Positions 11,716 through 26,462 of a stretch of 64,000 nt of DNA are shown here, one piece after another. Under the pieces are notes generated by a model. That model worked only from the letters and a program-made list of their open reading frames with translations. It was not told the DNA's origin and ran no database searches. Numbering within the stretch: the first letter of the stretch is position 1; each line of letters begins with the position of its first letter. The position numbers and the translations under genes were made by a program. The DNA comes from Octopus vulgaris (taxonomy: Eukaryota), in contig OX597816.1 of assembly GCA_951406725.2 (NCBI GenBank), positions 23,746,001 to 23,810,000 on the forward strand, written 5' to 3'.

Positions 11716-13235
11716 AGTGTAAAATTCAGATACTAACCCAGGTTACATCTAATCGATTACATTGCTTGGAATAAAGATAAGGTGATGTATGTATGCTCAA
11801 AGGCGATCTTGTTAGTTGAATGCACAGGAGAATAAGAAAATATTATGGAAGAGAAAATATTAAGTTTTGGCTTAATGAATTCCATAGTCATGTACTGAAT
11901 GACGTAAAGAAAAATATTCTTAATCGATCAGAATTTAACTTCAAATTTATAAACAGAAAAGAAAATCTTAATTGCAAATTGCTAGTGAGTTTCAGTTAAT
12001 TAGGGGAGCTTAACTGTTAGTTAGGGGAAGGTAATTTCGTTAAATTGATTTCTAATTCTGGCACAAGACCAGCAATTTCGGGAAAGTGACCAAGTCGATT
12101 AGATCGACCCCTATGCTCCACCGGCACCCATTTTATCGACAAACGATGAAAGGCAAAATCGACCTGGCGGAATTCGAACTCAGAGCGAAATGCAGTTAAG
12201 CATTTTGCCCAGCGTGCCAACGATTCTGCCAGCTCACAATATTCTAATTTCATTAAATTGAGAATTAATTACGAATGATTGTTTGTATATTCATTAACAC
12301 GTCTAAACAGATTCAGATGCAAAATACGCTGATCGCTGTAGTGTATGTCACAGGAGAATAACTTTCCCTCATTAGACGTCGGTGTGTTCGACACACTCAG
12401 ATCATTGGCGCATATCATTCTACAACACTGGTGCTTCGATGCATTGTATTTATGAAATGTAGACAAAGCCAGCAGCCACATTAGGCTCAGAGTTCCGGCT
12501 ACTTCTGACTGACGCGACCCCAGATATCGAAACACCGGGGCTCCGGAATACCGTGCGTCACCGAGCCGCGTGTATTAAACACACTCATAAAAAGTTATTC
12601 CTCTATTACATACATTACACTGACCAGCATATTTTGCGTGTGAATATACTTAGAGGTGTTAAGAACAATTATGCGAATAGTCATTCCAGATCTTGCAAAT
12701 AACGATTTTTAAAGAATTAATTACTGAAAGCTAATTTACATGTTTGGTGGAACGTTTAGAGTTTGTAGGCAAGAAATAATGATAAACATATTAGATACGT
12801 TTCGGTCTACTGGACACTCATCAGAATTATATACTCTACTGAAATCTGTTTTACCAAAATCTGTTTTACAAATACAAAAATATATTAGCGTGTATAATTA
12901 GAATAATTACCAAATAAAATGAGCGAAATAAGCTAATAGTATGCAACTAATTTGCATAATTAGTGCTAAGTTACAACTTTGTAAACAAAGAATAACATTA
13001 TAGACATGTCTCGGTCTCCTAGACACGGATCAAGATTGTGTAAATGTAATCTTTTTAAATCTTATATCTTTCCCTTCTTTCAGTCATTGGACTGCAGCCA
13101 TGCTGGGGCACTAGCTCGAGGAGTTTAGTCGAAAAAAATCGACCCCAGTGCTTTTTCTTTTTAAGTCTTGTACTTATTCTATCGGTGTCTTCTGCCGAAA
13201 TGCTAAGTTGCAGGGACGTTAACAAATGAAAACTG

Positions 13236-13674
13236 GGATCTTTTCGGTTTGAACGGCAGTTTTTTTTCTAGCAGTGTCATATGAAATTGTCACCCATAAT
13301 TATGATCCTAGTATCGATCTACTGCATTTCAATCTGTTTTAGGGTTAGGGGTGGGGGAAAGGTATCTTTTTTTCTTCAGAAATGTAAATAAACCCGATTT
13401 GTTTCTTAAACGAGGGACATATTCATACAGCACAGAATGTTTTCACCTCAATAGACGTCATCGATTGGTTGAAAATGCAGAAACTGAAGAAAAAAAACAA
13501 ATATCTATAGTTTGTAAACTATTGAATTCTATAGTTTATAAACTATAGAATTTTCTCAATAAAGCCAAGAGAAAAAGATGTTTTATAAACACATTCTACC
13601 AGTATACGAAACTTAAAAGTGTTTAGTTACGTGGAAATTATTTTAAAAAACTGCCGGTCAAACCGAAAAGATCC
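13236..13674. mobile_element. MITE with ~30-bp TIRs and 8-bp TSD, inserted in a degenerate family A SINE
   Basis: GGATCTTTTCGGTTTGAACGGCAGTTTTTT ... AAAAAACTGCCGGTCAAACCGAAAAGATCC; TSD GAAAACTG on both sides. Confidence 0.9.
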
Positions 13675-14119
13675 GAAAACTGGATGTCAACCACAGACAA
13701 AAAGACACACGCGCGCACATACATGCACATACACATACATGCGCACGCACGCACGCAGACACACACACACACTCACACACACACATACCGCATGAGGCAT
13801 ATGTATATATTCACCTATTATTCATTATATTATTAAATAAAATGTTTTAGGTTTTGGTTAATGAAAGTTTACGGGTAGATTGTAACATTTATTGACAATA
13901 TTTTACGCATATTTACAATTCAAAATGGCTTCCCATTACGTTCCGTAGTTATGTCTGAATAATGAGTAAATCATTATGTAGATTATCATATATAAATAAT
14001 GGGTAAATGTTTATGCTGCACCCGGTATACATATATACTTATATACAGGCGCAGGAGTGGCTGTGTGGTAAGTGAGCGGTCTCTGGGAGTAAATTAACTC
14101 GTATATCGCAACATTACTG

Positions 14120-14164
<45 letters not shown>

Positions 14165-14520
14165 ATAATGGGCTTCTTTCAGTTTCCGCGAACCAAATCT
14201 ACTCGCAAGTCTTATTAGTAGAAGACACTTACCTAAAGTGCCACTTAGTGGGACTGAGCCTGGAACCATTGTTATTGAGAAGTAAGCATCTTACCACACA
14301 GTCACTCCTGCGCCTAATTGTTTAAATATGTTTAATATTTATTTAGATTACAAGTGACCATCCGTGGTTCATAAAAATCAACCATCCGGAAAGGCTTTGG
14401 AGTAAAAGGTTCCGGGAAAGGGATACCGTACCTTTAGTCTGATATTAGTAAGAGTTTACTGCTACTTTTAGCAGGCCTAGTGACCTCGCAGAAGGATGCT
14501 TCCATACTTTGTAGTAATAC

Positions 14521-15121
14521 CTATTTCTTTACTACCCACAAAGGCTTAAACATAGAGGGGACAAACAAGGACAGACAAATGGATTAAATTGATTATATCG
14601 ACCCCAGTGCGTACCTGGTACTTATTTAATCGACCCCGAAATGATGAAAGGCAAAGTCGACCTCGGCGGAATTTGAACTCAGAACGTAGCGGCAGACGAA
14701 ATACCTATTTCTTTATTACCCACAAGGGGCTAAACACAGAGAGGACAAACAAGAACAGACAAACGGATTAAGTCGATTATATCGACCCCAGTGCGTAACT
14801 GGTACTTATTTAATCGACCCCGAATGGATGAAAGGCAAAGTCGGTCTCGGCGGAATTTGAACTCAGAACGTAGCGGCAGACGAAATACCTATTTCTTTAT
14901 TACCCACAAGGGGCTAAACATAGAGGGGACAAACAAGGACAGACAAACGGACGAAGTCGATTACATCGACCCCAGTATGTAACTAGTACTTATTTAATCG
15001 ACCCCGAAAGGATGAAAGGTAAAGTCGACCTCGGCGGAATTTGAACTCAGAGCGAAACGGCAGACGAAATACCGCCAGGCATTTCGCACGACGTGCTAAC
15101 GATTCTGCCAGCTCGCCGCCT
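14521..15121 (-). mobile_element. Family B SINE trimer (one head plus three 184-bp body units)
   Basis: Period 184 (14521/14705/14889); TSD CTTTGTA(G/C)TAATAC; central GTCGACTTTGCCTTTCATCC...GGGGTCGAT recalls the Deu/Nin domain. Confidence 0.85.
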
Positions 15122-15652
15122 TCTTTGTACTAATACCGCACTTTAAACAAGGCTGTTAGTTTGTTTTCCTCCTTTCTCTTTTGATTGTTTACTTGAATGT
15201 TGATGTTGTTATAGTTGTATTCACTGTCTCCTCATGTGACCCTTTCATTGAGAGAAGTAACGGCAACTGGGTGATTTGTGTGTTAGGCAATAAATGTACG
15301 GCCACGTGATCGGAATTTTCAATGCAATGTTAATGGTAGTACTTCAAATCGATTTAACTATATACATTTCAGCCTTAAGTAGCATCTAAAAATATTCGCT
15401 TTTACTCTCGGCGAGCATGAAGCAAAGAGAAAACATTAACCTGAGCAGAGGTCAGTTGGAGATTTGCTGTGACCTGAATCTTCCTTGAGAGTCAACACCC
15501 TCTCTTTTGTGAGATCCTTTCTATGTTTTGTCTGTTCTTAAAATTATATTATACTACGTATATAAGTATGTGTGTGTAGGTGTGTGTATGTATAGGTGTG
15601 TATGTGTGAGCCCATGTGTGCATGTATATGTGCTTGTATCTGTGTATGTTGA

Positions 15653-16210
<558 letters not shown>

Positions 16211-16718
16211 GTGTCGAGGGCGTGTAGCCTAGTTAAAGTATTACACTCGCGATCGGCAGTGTAATACTCCTAATCGCGAGATAGTGGCTTCACTTGCGTT
16301 GTGTTCTTGAGCAAAATGATCTCACTGCAATCACTTCCTGTTCCGGCAACATCGATTTGATGGAGGGAGTGAATTAATGTGCAGCACATATGAGAGGGTG
16401 CTGAAATGTTCCTGGCTTTAAGGCTACCACGAAAGGCCTACCGAGTTATTTTAAATGGCGTAGAACTGAAGGACCGCAGAAATAAGCATGTGAATCTGAG
16501 AGAGGAATGTTGGGTATCTCTTTACTCTTTTACTTGTTTCAGTCATTTGACTGTGGCCATGCTGGAGCACCGCCGTTAGTCGAGCAAATCGACCCCAGGA
16601 CTTATTCTTTTGTAAGCCTAGTACTTATTCTATCGGGGTTCTTTTGCTGAACCGCTAAGTTACTGGGACGTAAACACACCAGCATCGGTTGTCAAGCGAT
16701 TTGGTGGGGGGCACAAAC

Positions 16719-16777
<59 letters not shown>

Positions 16778-16865
16778 AAAACGGTAAGATAACAAAAGAA
16801 AGAAAGAGACCTCAATATTATGTAAATAGAGGAAATTTATCTATACAATATGTTACATTACTCGG

Positions 16866-16939
16866 TAGTCAAGATAAAACTCTGAGTTTCAGATGCCGAA
16901 GTGGAAATCCACAACACCATCTCATCGGTTATCTGGCTA
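16866..16939 (-). ncRNA. Minimal hammerhead ribozyme in the PLE 3' region (U4C variant)
   Basis: Mirror copy of 18655-18728. Confidence 0.7.
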
Positions 16940-17130
16940 TTTGAAAACGTTATGAAAAAATATACCGTTAAAAATGAAGGGAAATTACTCTGTTATAACT
17001 CTGCTTTGCCTGCGTACTTATACATCGCTCGCATTTTTCGTCATAAAAATTATATAAAAATACATAAAAATATATAAAAATATATAAAAATATATAAAAT
17101 CTTCTTGGGACATAACACAGAAAGCATGTT

Positions 17131-18089
17131 CTATCCGTTTTCTTTAGGGGACCAAAAACGTAACAGAAATTTAGTCACATGTGGGCATGATCCGAAAAGT
17201 TCTGTCCTTGTATTTAGACATGTGGTAGGGTCTAAGCTGCTTTTCCAGATAAGCCATCTCTCCATGTCGCATAAACCGCACCTTCCGCTGCCGTTAGTAT
17301 AGGGCTTACATCTGGCCAAAATCTTCCATTGTATGTTATAATCGACACCTTTATCTCTTAAAGACCAAATATGATTGGATAATTGTGTCGCTTTTCTTTT
17401 GTTCCAGTGCCTAAAGCTCAAAGTGTGGTTATTGAACCTGGCCTTGAAATTACCCTCTGTCAGGCCCACGTATTTCTTCGTCGAAACGGTGTCTTTAGTG
17501 GTTATAGAGTTTACGGTAGCTTCATATATGATGGTCTTGGACATGCAAGCTCCATTTAGCGGGCACAATTCTTTATTCCTGCATGAACAGCTGTTTTCTT
17601 CTTGTGTTTTTTGTATGTTATGATTGATTATGTTTTTAAAATTGGTAGTTGAACTAAAACTAATTTTTAAATTGTGTCTATTGAAGAGTTTCCTATAAGC
17701 ATGGTTAACTGGAAAATGTCTATCTATCAGTGCTAGGAAATATTTACCTATATTGAAGGCCACCTCGGGTGAGTAAGGGGGCGTAAACCAGATGACCTTC
17801 CTATTTCTATTATTCCTTTTCCTTATTGTTGGGCTGGTGATAGGTGTATATTTTATTTTTTCGCTAAAACCACTATCTTTTAAAGCTTTATTATAAACTG
17901 GGGCAACGCTATTGAAGATGTCCTCATTAGATGAGAGGCTAGAAATCCTCTTACTAATATTTTTAACTAAATTTTTGAATACTATAGGGGGATGGCATGA
18001 ACCTACATTAATATAACTTTGTCTATCATTGGGCTTACTATAAGGCTTATAAATATTCTTATTAAGATCCAAGGAAACGTCTAAGAAAC
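17131..18089 (-). CDS. Penelope-like RT C-terminus/thumb plus GIY-YIG endonuclease (partial, no genuine start)
   Basis: FLDV..Y.KP....Y....S.HP thumb motif; CSCRNKELCPLNGAC (CxCx5Cx5C); IIY...YVGLT...FKARFNNH. The N-terminal ~43 aa of the listed ORF come from the inverted arm. Confidence 0.9.
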
Positions 18090-18654
18090 TAACCACTAAA
18101 GACACCGTTTCGACGAAAAAATACGTGGGCCTTACAGAGGGTAATTTCAAGGCCAGGTTCAATAACCACACTTTGAGCTTTAGGCACTGGAACAAAAGAA
18201 AAGCGACACAATTATCCAATCATATTTGGTCTTTAAGAGATAAAGGTGTCGATTATAACATACAATGGAAGATTTTGGCCAGATGTAAGCCCTATACTAA
18301 CGGCAGCGGAAGGTGCGGTTTATGCGACATGGAGAGATGGCTTATCTGGAAAAGCAGCTTAGACCCTACCACATGTCTAAATACAAGGACAGAACTTTTC
18401 GGATCATGCCCACATGTGACTAAATTTCTGTTACGTTTTTGGTCCCCTAAAGAAAACGGATAGAACATGCTTTCTGTGTTATGTCCCAAGAAGATTTTAT
18501 ATATTTTTATATATTTTTATATATTTTTATGTATTTTTATATAATTTTTATGACGAAAAATGCGAGCGATGTATAAGTACGCAGGCAAAGCAGAGTTATA
18601 ACAGAGTAATTTCCCTTCATTTTTAACGGTATATTTTTTCATAACGTTTTCAAA

Positions 18655-18728
18655 TAGCCAGATAACCGATGAGATGGTGTTGTGGATTTCCACTTCGGCA
18701 TCTGAAACTCAGAGTTTTATCTTGACTA
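18655..18728 (+). ncRNA. Minimal hammerhead ribozyme in the inverted pLTR (core CCGAUGA)
   Basis: TAGCCAGATAA-CCGATGA-GATG...CATCT-GAAA-CTCAGA-GTT-TTATCTTGACTA; stem I AGATAA/TTATCT, stem III AACTC-A-GAGTT. Confidence 0.72.
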
Positions 18729-18744
18729 CCGAGTAATGTAACAT

Positions 18745-18810
<66 letters not shown>

Positions 18811-19912
18811 TACGACGGTCTTCTTTCAGTTTCCGTCTACCAAATCCACTCACAAGGCTTTGGTCGGCCCGAGGGTATAGTAGAAGACATTTGCCCAAGG
18901 TGCCACGCAGTGGGACTAAACCCGGAACCATGCGGTTCATAAGCAAGCTACTTACCACACAGCCACTCCTATGCCTATTCATAATTAACTGATTGTCTGT
19001 TATATTCTTTTATCCAAAGCCAGGAACTTTTCAGCATCCCCTCGTACGTACATTTGATCTCTTCAAACAAATCATCTATGACGACAGTTCTGTAAGAAAT
19101 TGCAGAACTGTCCTTCTCGGACTACGAGAGACTGCTGTCCGTGTATGTATGCATGCAATGAATAAATGCGAGCCGTATGAGATATGACTCATCATCAGGA
19201 AAGCCGCAATACAAATACTGGATCACTGTCTACAATTTTGTTCCAGTTGTTTTCAAATATAGATTAAGCTTTGTATACTAATCATGAAAATGAAATTCGT
19301 TTTTCCTATAAATCCATAATCAAAAAGTTATTAGCCTTTAAAATTTGCAAAATTTGGGTATTCCAGCCAATCAGAAGCGTGTATTATACACATTACCGTG
19401 GCGAAGAACTCTGTTTCCATAGTAATCAAAGCAAAAAAGCACCACGTATTGCCTAGCTGAGTGCGAAGAACTCTGTTTCCAATTCAACTAAAGATGCTGC
19501 GCATGCGCACAAGGAGCGTAACCACTACATATTCTATAATTGTTTTCATAACAGAAGGAATTCGATCGTTCCACGGTTGGCCTTTATCTTTGTGAATTTA
19601 TGTGGTGTCGCGAATGTTTCAATGTTTTATTTACTGTTTGTTGTAGGAAGTTTAAGGTTTTGACATGCCGGTGCCTCTCCCCCATACGCACCGCCATCCC
19701 CGATGATGGAAGAGGCAGCGAACGCGCTGTTTTGTGATTGGCTGAAAATTCTGATGATTATCAAACTTTGAATACCTGTAATATTTTCGCAAAATTTTTC
19801 TGGAATAAATGAATGACAAGTTCGGATTTAGCATCAAAAATTACATCTATACGATACATTAAAACGTTTTTTTTTTTTAGATTTCGACATGCAGTGACGA
19901 TAACCACAAAGA

Positions 19913-20352
19913 TCTCTCTCTATATAAACGGCAGTTTGTCTGTCTGTGTGTCTGTGTGTCTGTCAGGTTGTACCCTCACCCTGACCACGGCTTTCAACCG
20001 ATTCTGATGAAACTTGACACACACATAGCCCAATGTCATAATTCAAAACTAACGCAGTGAAAATTTTGAAAAGTTCCCCCAATTCTGAAAAAAATCAATA
20101 AATTCGACATGGGGTCGAGAATCTAAGCTTTTTATATGCAACACATTTTCTGTCCAAGGGACACAACTCGACCATTTTATCGCCCAAAGGAACAGCTAGG
20201 AACATCGTATACACAGAAGTATTCGAGTGAAGAGAAGACATTGCAACCTACACATGCGCCTTCGTTCCCCAGAGGGAAAGGACTAGATTGGGATTAGTCG
20301 TTGCCTACTAGGGGCTCTTACATACCCGGGCAACGCCGGGCTATGCTGCTAG
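19913..20352 (+). mobile_element. Non-autonomous Helitron, internally deleted relative of 3578-4379
   Basis: A|TC start, CCCGGGCAACGCCGGG hairpin, CTAG|T end. Confidence 0.85.
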
Positions 20353-21927
20353 TCCCCAATATAATTCAAGATAATTTATTGTTAAAAGTACCATTCAGAA
20401 TGTCCCGCAGGCTGTAGTTTGCCCGTAACTGGTGTAAGCAACATTGATGAATGGGGAGACAAGTAGATCACATCGACCACTGGACTGGGGGATACGATCG
20501 CTACGTCCACCACCACCTTACTTGATTGGTACTTAATTTTATTGACCCCAGAGGGATGAAAGGCAAGATTGATCCTGGTACAATTTGAACTAACAATGTT
20601 GAGAATCAGAAGTAGCACGAGGCATTTCGTCCAGCTCTTAATGATTCTGTCAGCTCGCCACGTTTCTCAAGGTATTAATAATGGTTTAAAATTTTGGTAC
20701 AAAACCAGCAATTGTGTGGCGGTGGGGGTACACGTCGATTACATCAACCCCAGTGCTCAACTGGTACTTATTTTACCGACGCAGAAAGGATGAAAGGCAA
20801 AGTAGACTCCGCTCCCCCAAAAATGAAATTAAACTGATTCAGTCAAAGATTGAAACCGCTTCGCAATTTCCGCTTTCCGGGTGTTTATACCTTGTTTCTA
20901 TAACACTCCAGACACTATTGATTTCTTCCTGTATTATATGATCAACTGATTTTTATTTTTTTTTTTTTTTTTTTGTATTATTATTGTGTATACTTGAGAG
21001 TTATGGTCGATTTGATTGACTTGTACTAATGTTATCGATCCCCAGATTGATAACCAACAAGGCCAAGCTTAGCAGAAATCGAATCCTGAGCAAGAAAGGT
21101 TTCGATCTAAGAAAGCTCGTAAAGAATCTAATACAATGTTTTACTTCCTTGTCCATCTCCAAAAACATAAAAACTGCTACTATTCAATCGAATTTGTTGC
21201 ATTTAAAATGAAGTTTTTCTCTTTTTAATATATTAATTTTTTTACAGATAAACCATCATATATTTCTCAGTTTGTGTTGTTTTTTTTTAAAAAAGACATT
21301 TATTGTAATTTTGTTTTTTATTTTGTTTATTCATCATCGGTGGTTAAAAGGTTTATTTTATATAAAAGAAATAAATACTCGATAGAAATATCTGATCAGA
21401 CATAATTTTCTCCATACAATGGCGAATCTCTCTCCTTTTCGCTTTCCTTTACATTTTAAGCTGAACGAGGCCAGTTTAAACCGCTACACAAAAGGATTAC
21501 GCTCTTTTAAAGATGTTTTCGTTGCGCTATATTGCTTACGATAGATTTGTTTTTTGTCCGTATATTTAGATTAATAAACCTTATATCCTCTTTTTTACTA
21601 AAGTAATTGAAGAGATATGCTTAGATGGCGTCAGAGCTACCATTTATTTAAACTGAGATCGGGCTAATAACCGTGGGAAATATGTTCAGACGAGGTGTAT
21701 TCAACAGATACGATGCCACGGTGTAGACATTAATAATTGGAAAAAAAAATTAATAACAACAATATCCTTATCAAAAACAAACTCTGATATACAGAATATA
21801 TAAATATGTAGAATTTCAAACGAGGCAGGTGATTACGCACACAAATACACACACATACACACTCACACATACACAGTAACACAATGCATGCAACACATTT
21901 ATATGACATGATATGTATATGTATATA

Positions 21928-21983
<56 letters not shown>

Positions 21984-22182
21984 TCAATAAATTTATGTGT
22001 GGGTGTGAATCAATAACATGTAATACGCATATACATAAGTGTGTGTAAGCAGATATGAATTAATAACATAATATATATAACATACGCATATATATATATA
22101 CATACATACATATTTATATATAAATATGCATATGTATACATATATATACATATTATATATGTGTGTGTGTGTGTGTGTGTAT

Positions 22183-22230
<48 letters not shown>

Positions 22231-22280
22231 GAGATAGAGAGAAAGAGAGAAAGAGAAAGAGAGAGAGAGAGAGAGAGAGA

Positions 22281-22345
<65 letters not shown>

Positions 22346-23038
22346 TGTGTATGTATGATGGTGGTCTCTTGTAGTATGAGAAAGACTGTTCTACAATTTC
22401 TTGCTGAACAACCAGGACATATGATCTGCTTATAGTGGTCCAGTGTTTGTTTATGCAGTACCTTAGCTCACTGGCTTTGTCAAATCGACGTTGCTCGAAC
22501 AGAGACGGCTGTGCTACATGTCAGGCGTCGATGCGATCACAAAGCAACATGAGATGAAGTGTTTTGCTCAACATAACACAACGCACAGCCCTGGTTCAGG
22601 AATTGAAACCACGGTCTCGCGATCATGAGTGCAACACCCTAACTTCAAGACCATGCGCTCCGACATGTATGTATATGTGTTTGTGTGTTTACAGGTATAT
22701 ATATGCGTGTGTGTGTGTGTGTGTATAAGTGTGTGCGTATGTGTGTATGTTTATATATATGTACATATCTATATGTATTATACACACACACTAACACACA
22801 GAGACACATATATATATATATACATGTATATGACGGGTTTCTTTCAGTTTCCGTCTACCAAATCCACTCATAAGGGGTCGGGCAGCTCGAGGCTAAGGTG
22901 CCACCACACAGGGAAACAGAACAGTAAAGCATGTGGATCGGAAGCAAGCTTCTTACTACACAGCAACGCTGTATAATGTGCATATATATATAAGTTCAGT
23001 AAAAAGTTTGATTCCGTTGCTTATTTCGATTATATATA

Positions 23039-23437
23039 TCTATATATATAAAAGTGAGGTTGTGTAGTGTCTGTCTCCTACGATTTAGATTCCTAACTAC
23101 TCCCACATTTTGCGGTGCAGTTTAACCAAAAGCGGGTATCTTATAGTCGAGATTCATATCGAGCCCTTCTAGGTATTAGCGCGTGTCTACGATGAGTCTA
23201 CGATTTAAAAAAAAAATTAACCTTAATTTTTCCGCATTTTTAATGCATTTTCGCTCAGTTTATATAAGGGAAGTAACTCTCTAAAAATGTATTATTAAAT
23301 CTCAAAACGTAAAAGCTACAGTAACACCCCCCTTTGTGGTTAGCCATATTGAGATGGCTATTATACTTTACATCTCTAAAAATGCTTATATAGTTATTTC
23401 CCTTACAAACCCGAGCAACGCCGGGCGATACTGCTAG
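23039..23437 (+). mobile_element. Non-autonomous Helitron, second family
   Basis: A|TCTATATATATAAAAGTG start; CCCGAGCAACGCCGGG hairpin; CTAG|T end. Confidence 0.85.
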
Positions 23438-23616
23438 TATATATATAGGCATATATGGGTACAGGACGTCACCAACTGTATAAATAATATGAAGTACGAA
23501 AACAAACGAGTTAAATATGCAAACTAGAGAAAAAATGGAAAACAGGAAGTAAGACGGAGAATAACCCTACATCTGTTGTCGGCTGTCTATCTATTCCTCA
23601 TTTAGAGCATTCAACG

Positions 23617-23653
<37 letters not shown>

Positions 23654-23823
23654 AAAGTTTAGTTGAGTTAGAAGTTAAAATAACTGTCTAAGGGATAGAA
23701 GTATCCATTATCTATGTTTAACCATGGACATACATATGGAAACATATTATGTTCAGAAGTTATAGTTAAAGACAAAATTCAAAGAAAACAGAAACGCATA
23801 TGCTTTTCTTCTCTATTCATTCT

Positions 23824-23957
23824 CCACTCTGATGAAGCTCCTTGTTTCAGATAGGTTTTATTACCACATATGGTTAATATTTTTACATATTTTTACATAT
23901 TTTGAATATCAACGGCAATACCATATAACACTGGAAGCAGAAACAGCTGTTAGATGG
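23824..23957 (+). ncRNA. Hammerhead ribozyme with ~100-nt extended stem II, inside a TA-flanked element (~23651-24050)
   Basis: CCACT-CTGATGA-AGCTCC...GGAAGCA-GAAA-CAGCT-GTT-AGATGG; palindromic stem III AACAGCTGTT. Confidence 0.62.
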
Positions 23958-24070
23958 GATGCAGACTTTTTGCATAGAATTAATAAATAATAATTGATGT
24001 AAGTCAATTGTTCTTAATCAGAACTTCTCAAGTTTCTGTTTTCTTTATATACATACAAATATATATATAT

Positions 24071-24678
<608 letters not shown>

Positions 24679-24687
24679 TGCATATGC

Positions 24688-24719
<32 letters not shown>

Positions 24720-24955
24720 CTGTATATATATATATATATATATATACCTATATATATATACATATGCATGCATATATATGTAAGTGTGTGTGTGTATAAA
24801 TATACAATGTATTTATATATAATTATATATGTGCATATGTATAAATCCATGCTTGTATGTATATAATGTGTGTGTGTTTGTGTTTGTGCGTGTACATTGA
24901 TGTAAGTCAATTGTTCTTAATCAGAACTTCTCTAGTTTGTTTTCTTTATATACAT

Positions 24956-25011
<56 letters not shown>

Positions 25012-25070
25012 CTGTATTCATATATGCATATGCATATATATATATACATATATACAAATATATATATATA

Positions 25071-25111
<41 letters not shown>

Positions 25112-25282
25112 GCATATATATATGTGAGTGTGTGTGTGTATAAATATACAATGTATTTATATATAATTATATATGTGTATATGTATAAATCCATGCTTGT
25201 ATGTATATAATGTGTGTGTGTTTGTGTTTGTGCGTGTGTGTACATTTGTGTGTTTGTGTGTGTGTGTGTATACATTTGTGTG

Positions 25283-25325
<43 letters not shown>

Positions 25326-25756
25326 ACGTAATTTGAGACTTAGCTAGACGATTCTCTCTAAATATATATATATATTCTAAGATACTTAGTTCATACGCTT
25401 TATCCATTCTAATTCCCCGTCATTCCTTCAGCTAATAAACATCACCAAACAACATTACAACCTCGCTGTAGTATGCGAGCTTTCAGTGCAACTCTTAATA
25501 AAATCACTTCACTGTCTAACGAAGAACTGAATGGAGGAATGAATATACGTTTTTTTAGCCAGCAGCGAACAATACTGGAAAAGCAAAAGAATCTGATTTT
25601 ACTTGATACCACCCAGAGTTTAATCCAAACAAATAAAACTGTGATTTCCAAAAGGTATGAAGTGCAGTGGCATTCATATTAGATTTTTTTTTTTTTTTTG
25701 TGTGTATAAGAACTCTATAGTACTTTTCACCTTTAACTTATATACTCTTTTACACT

Positions 25757-26224
<468 letters not shown>

Positions 26225-26282
26225 ATATATATAGATAGATAGACAAGCAGACAGGCAGACTCTCTCTCTCTCTCTCTCTCTC

Positions 26283-26377
<95 letters not shown>

Positions 26378-26378
26378 G

Positions 26379-26462
<84 letters not shown>

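Larger units (their letters stand above)
16775..18752 (-). mobile_element. 5'-truncated Penelope-like element with inverted pseudo-LTR (arms 16842-17504 and 18090-18752)
   Basis: Near-perfect 663-bp inverted repeat, RT-thumb plus GIY-YIG ORF, one HHR in each arm, (TA)n flanks. Confidence 0.92.
16519..18976 (-). mobile_element. Family A SINE split by a Penelope insertion (3' part ~16519-16740, head ~18812-18976)
   Basis: The two halves are colinear and flank TA tracts that bracket the PLE. Confidence 0.85.

Noticed and set aside
13339-13351. Interstitial telomere TTAGGG
   Set aside because: Only two units, and they lie inside a MITE
18125-18463. 112-aa plus-strand ORF as a separate gene
   Set aside because: It is the inverted duplicate of the PLE endonuclease C-terminus
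19250-19860. Possible MITE with CAGCCAATCA/TGATTGGCTG inverted motifs
   Set aside because: Could not define termini or a TSD by eye
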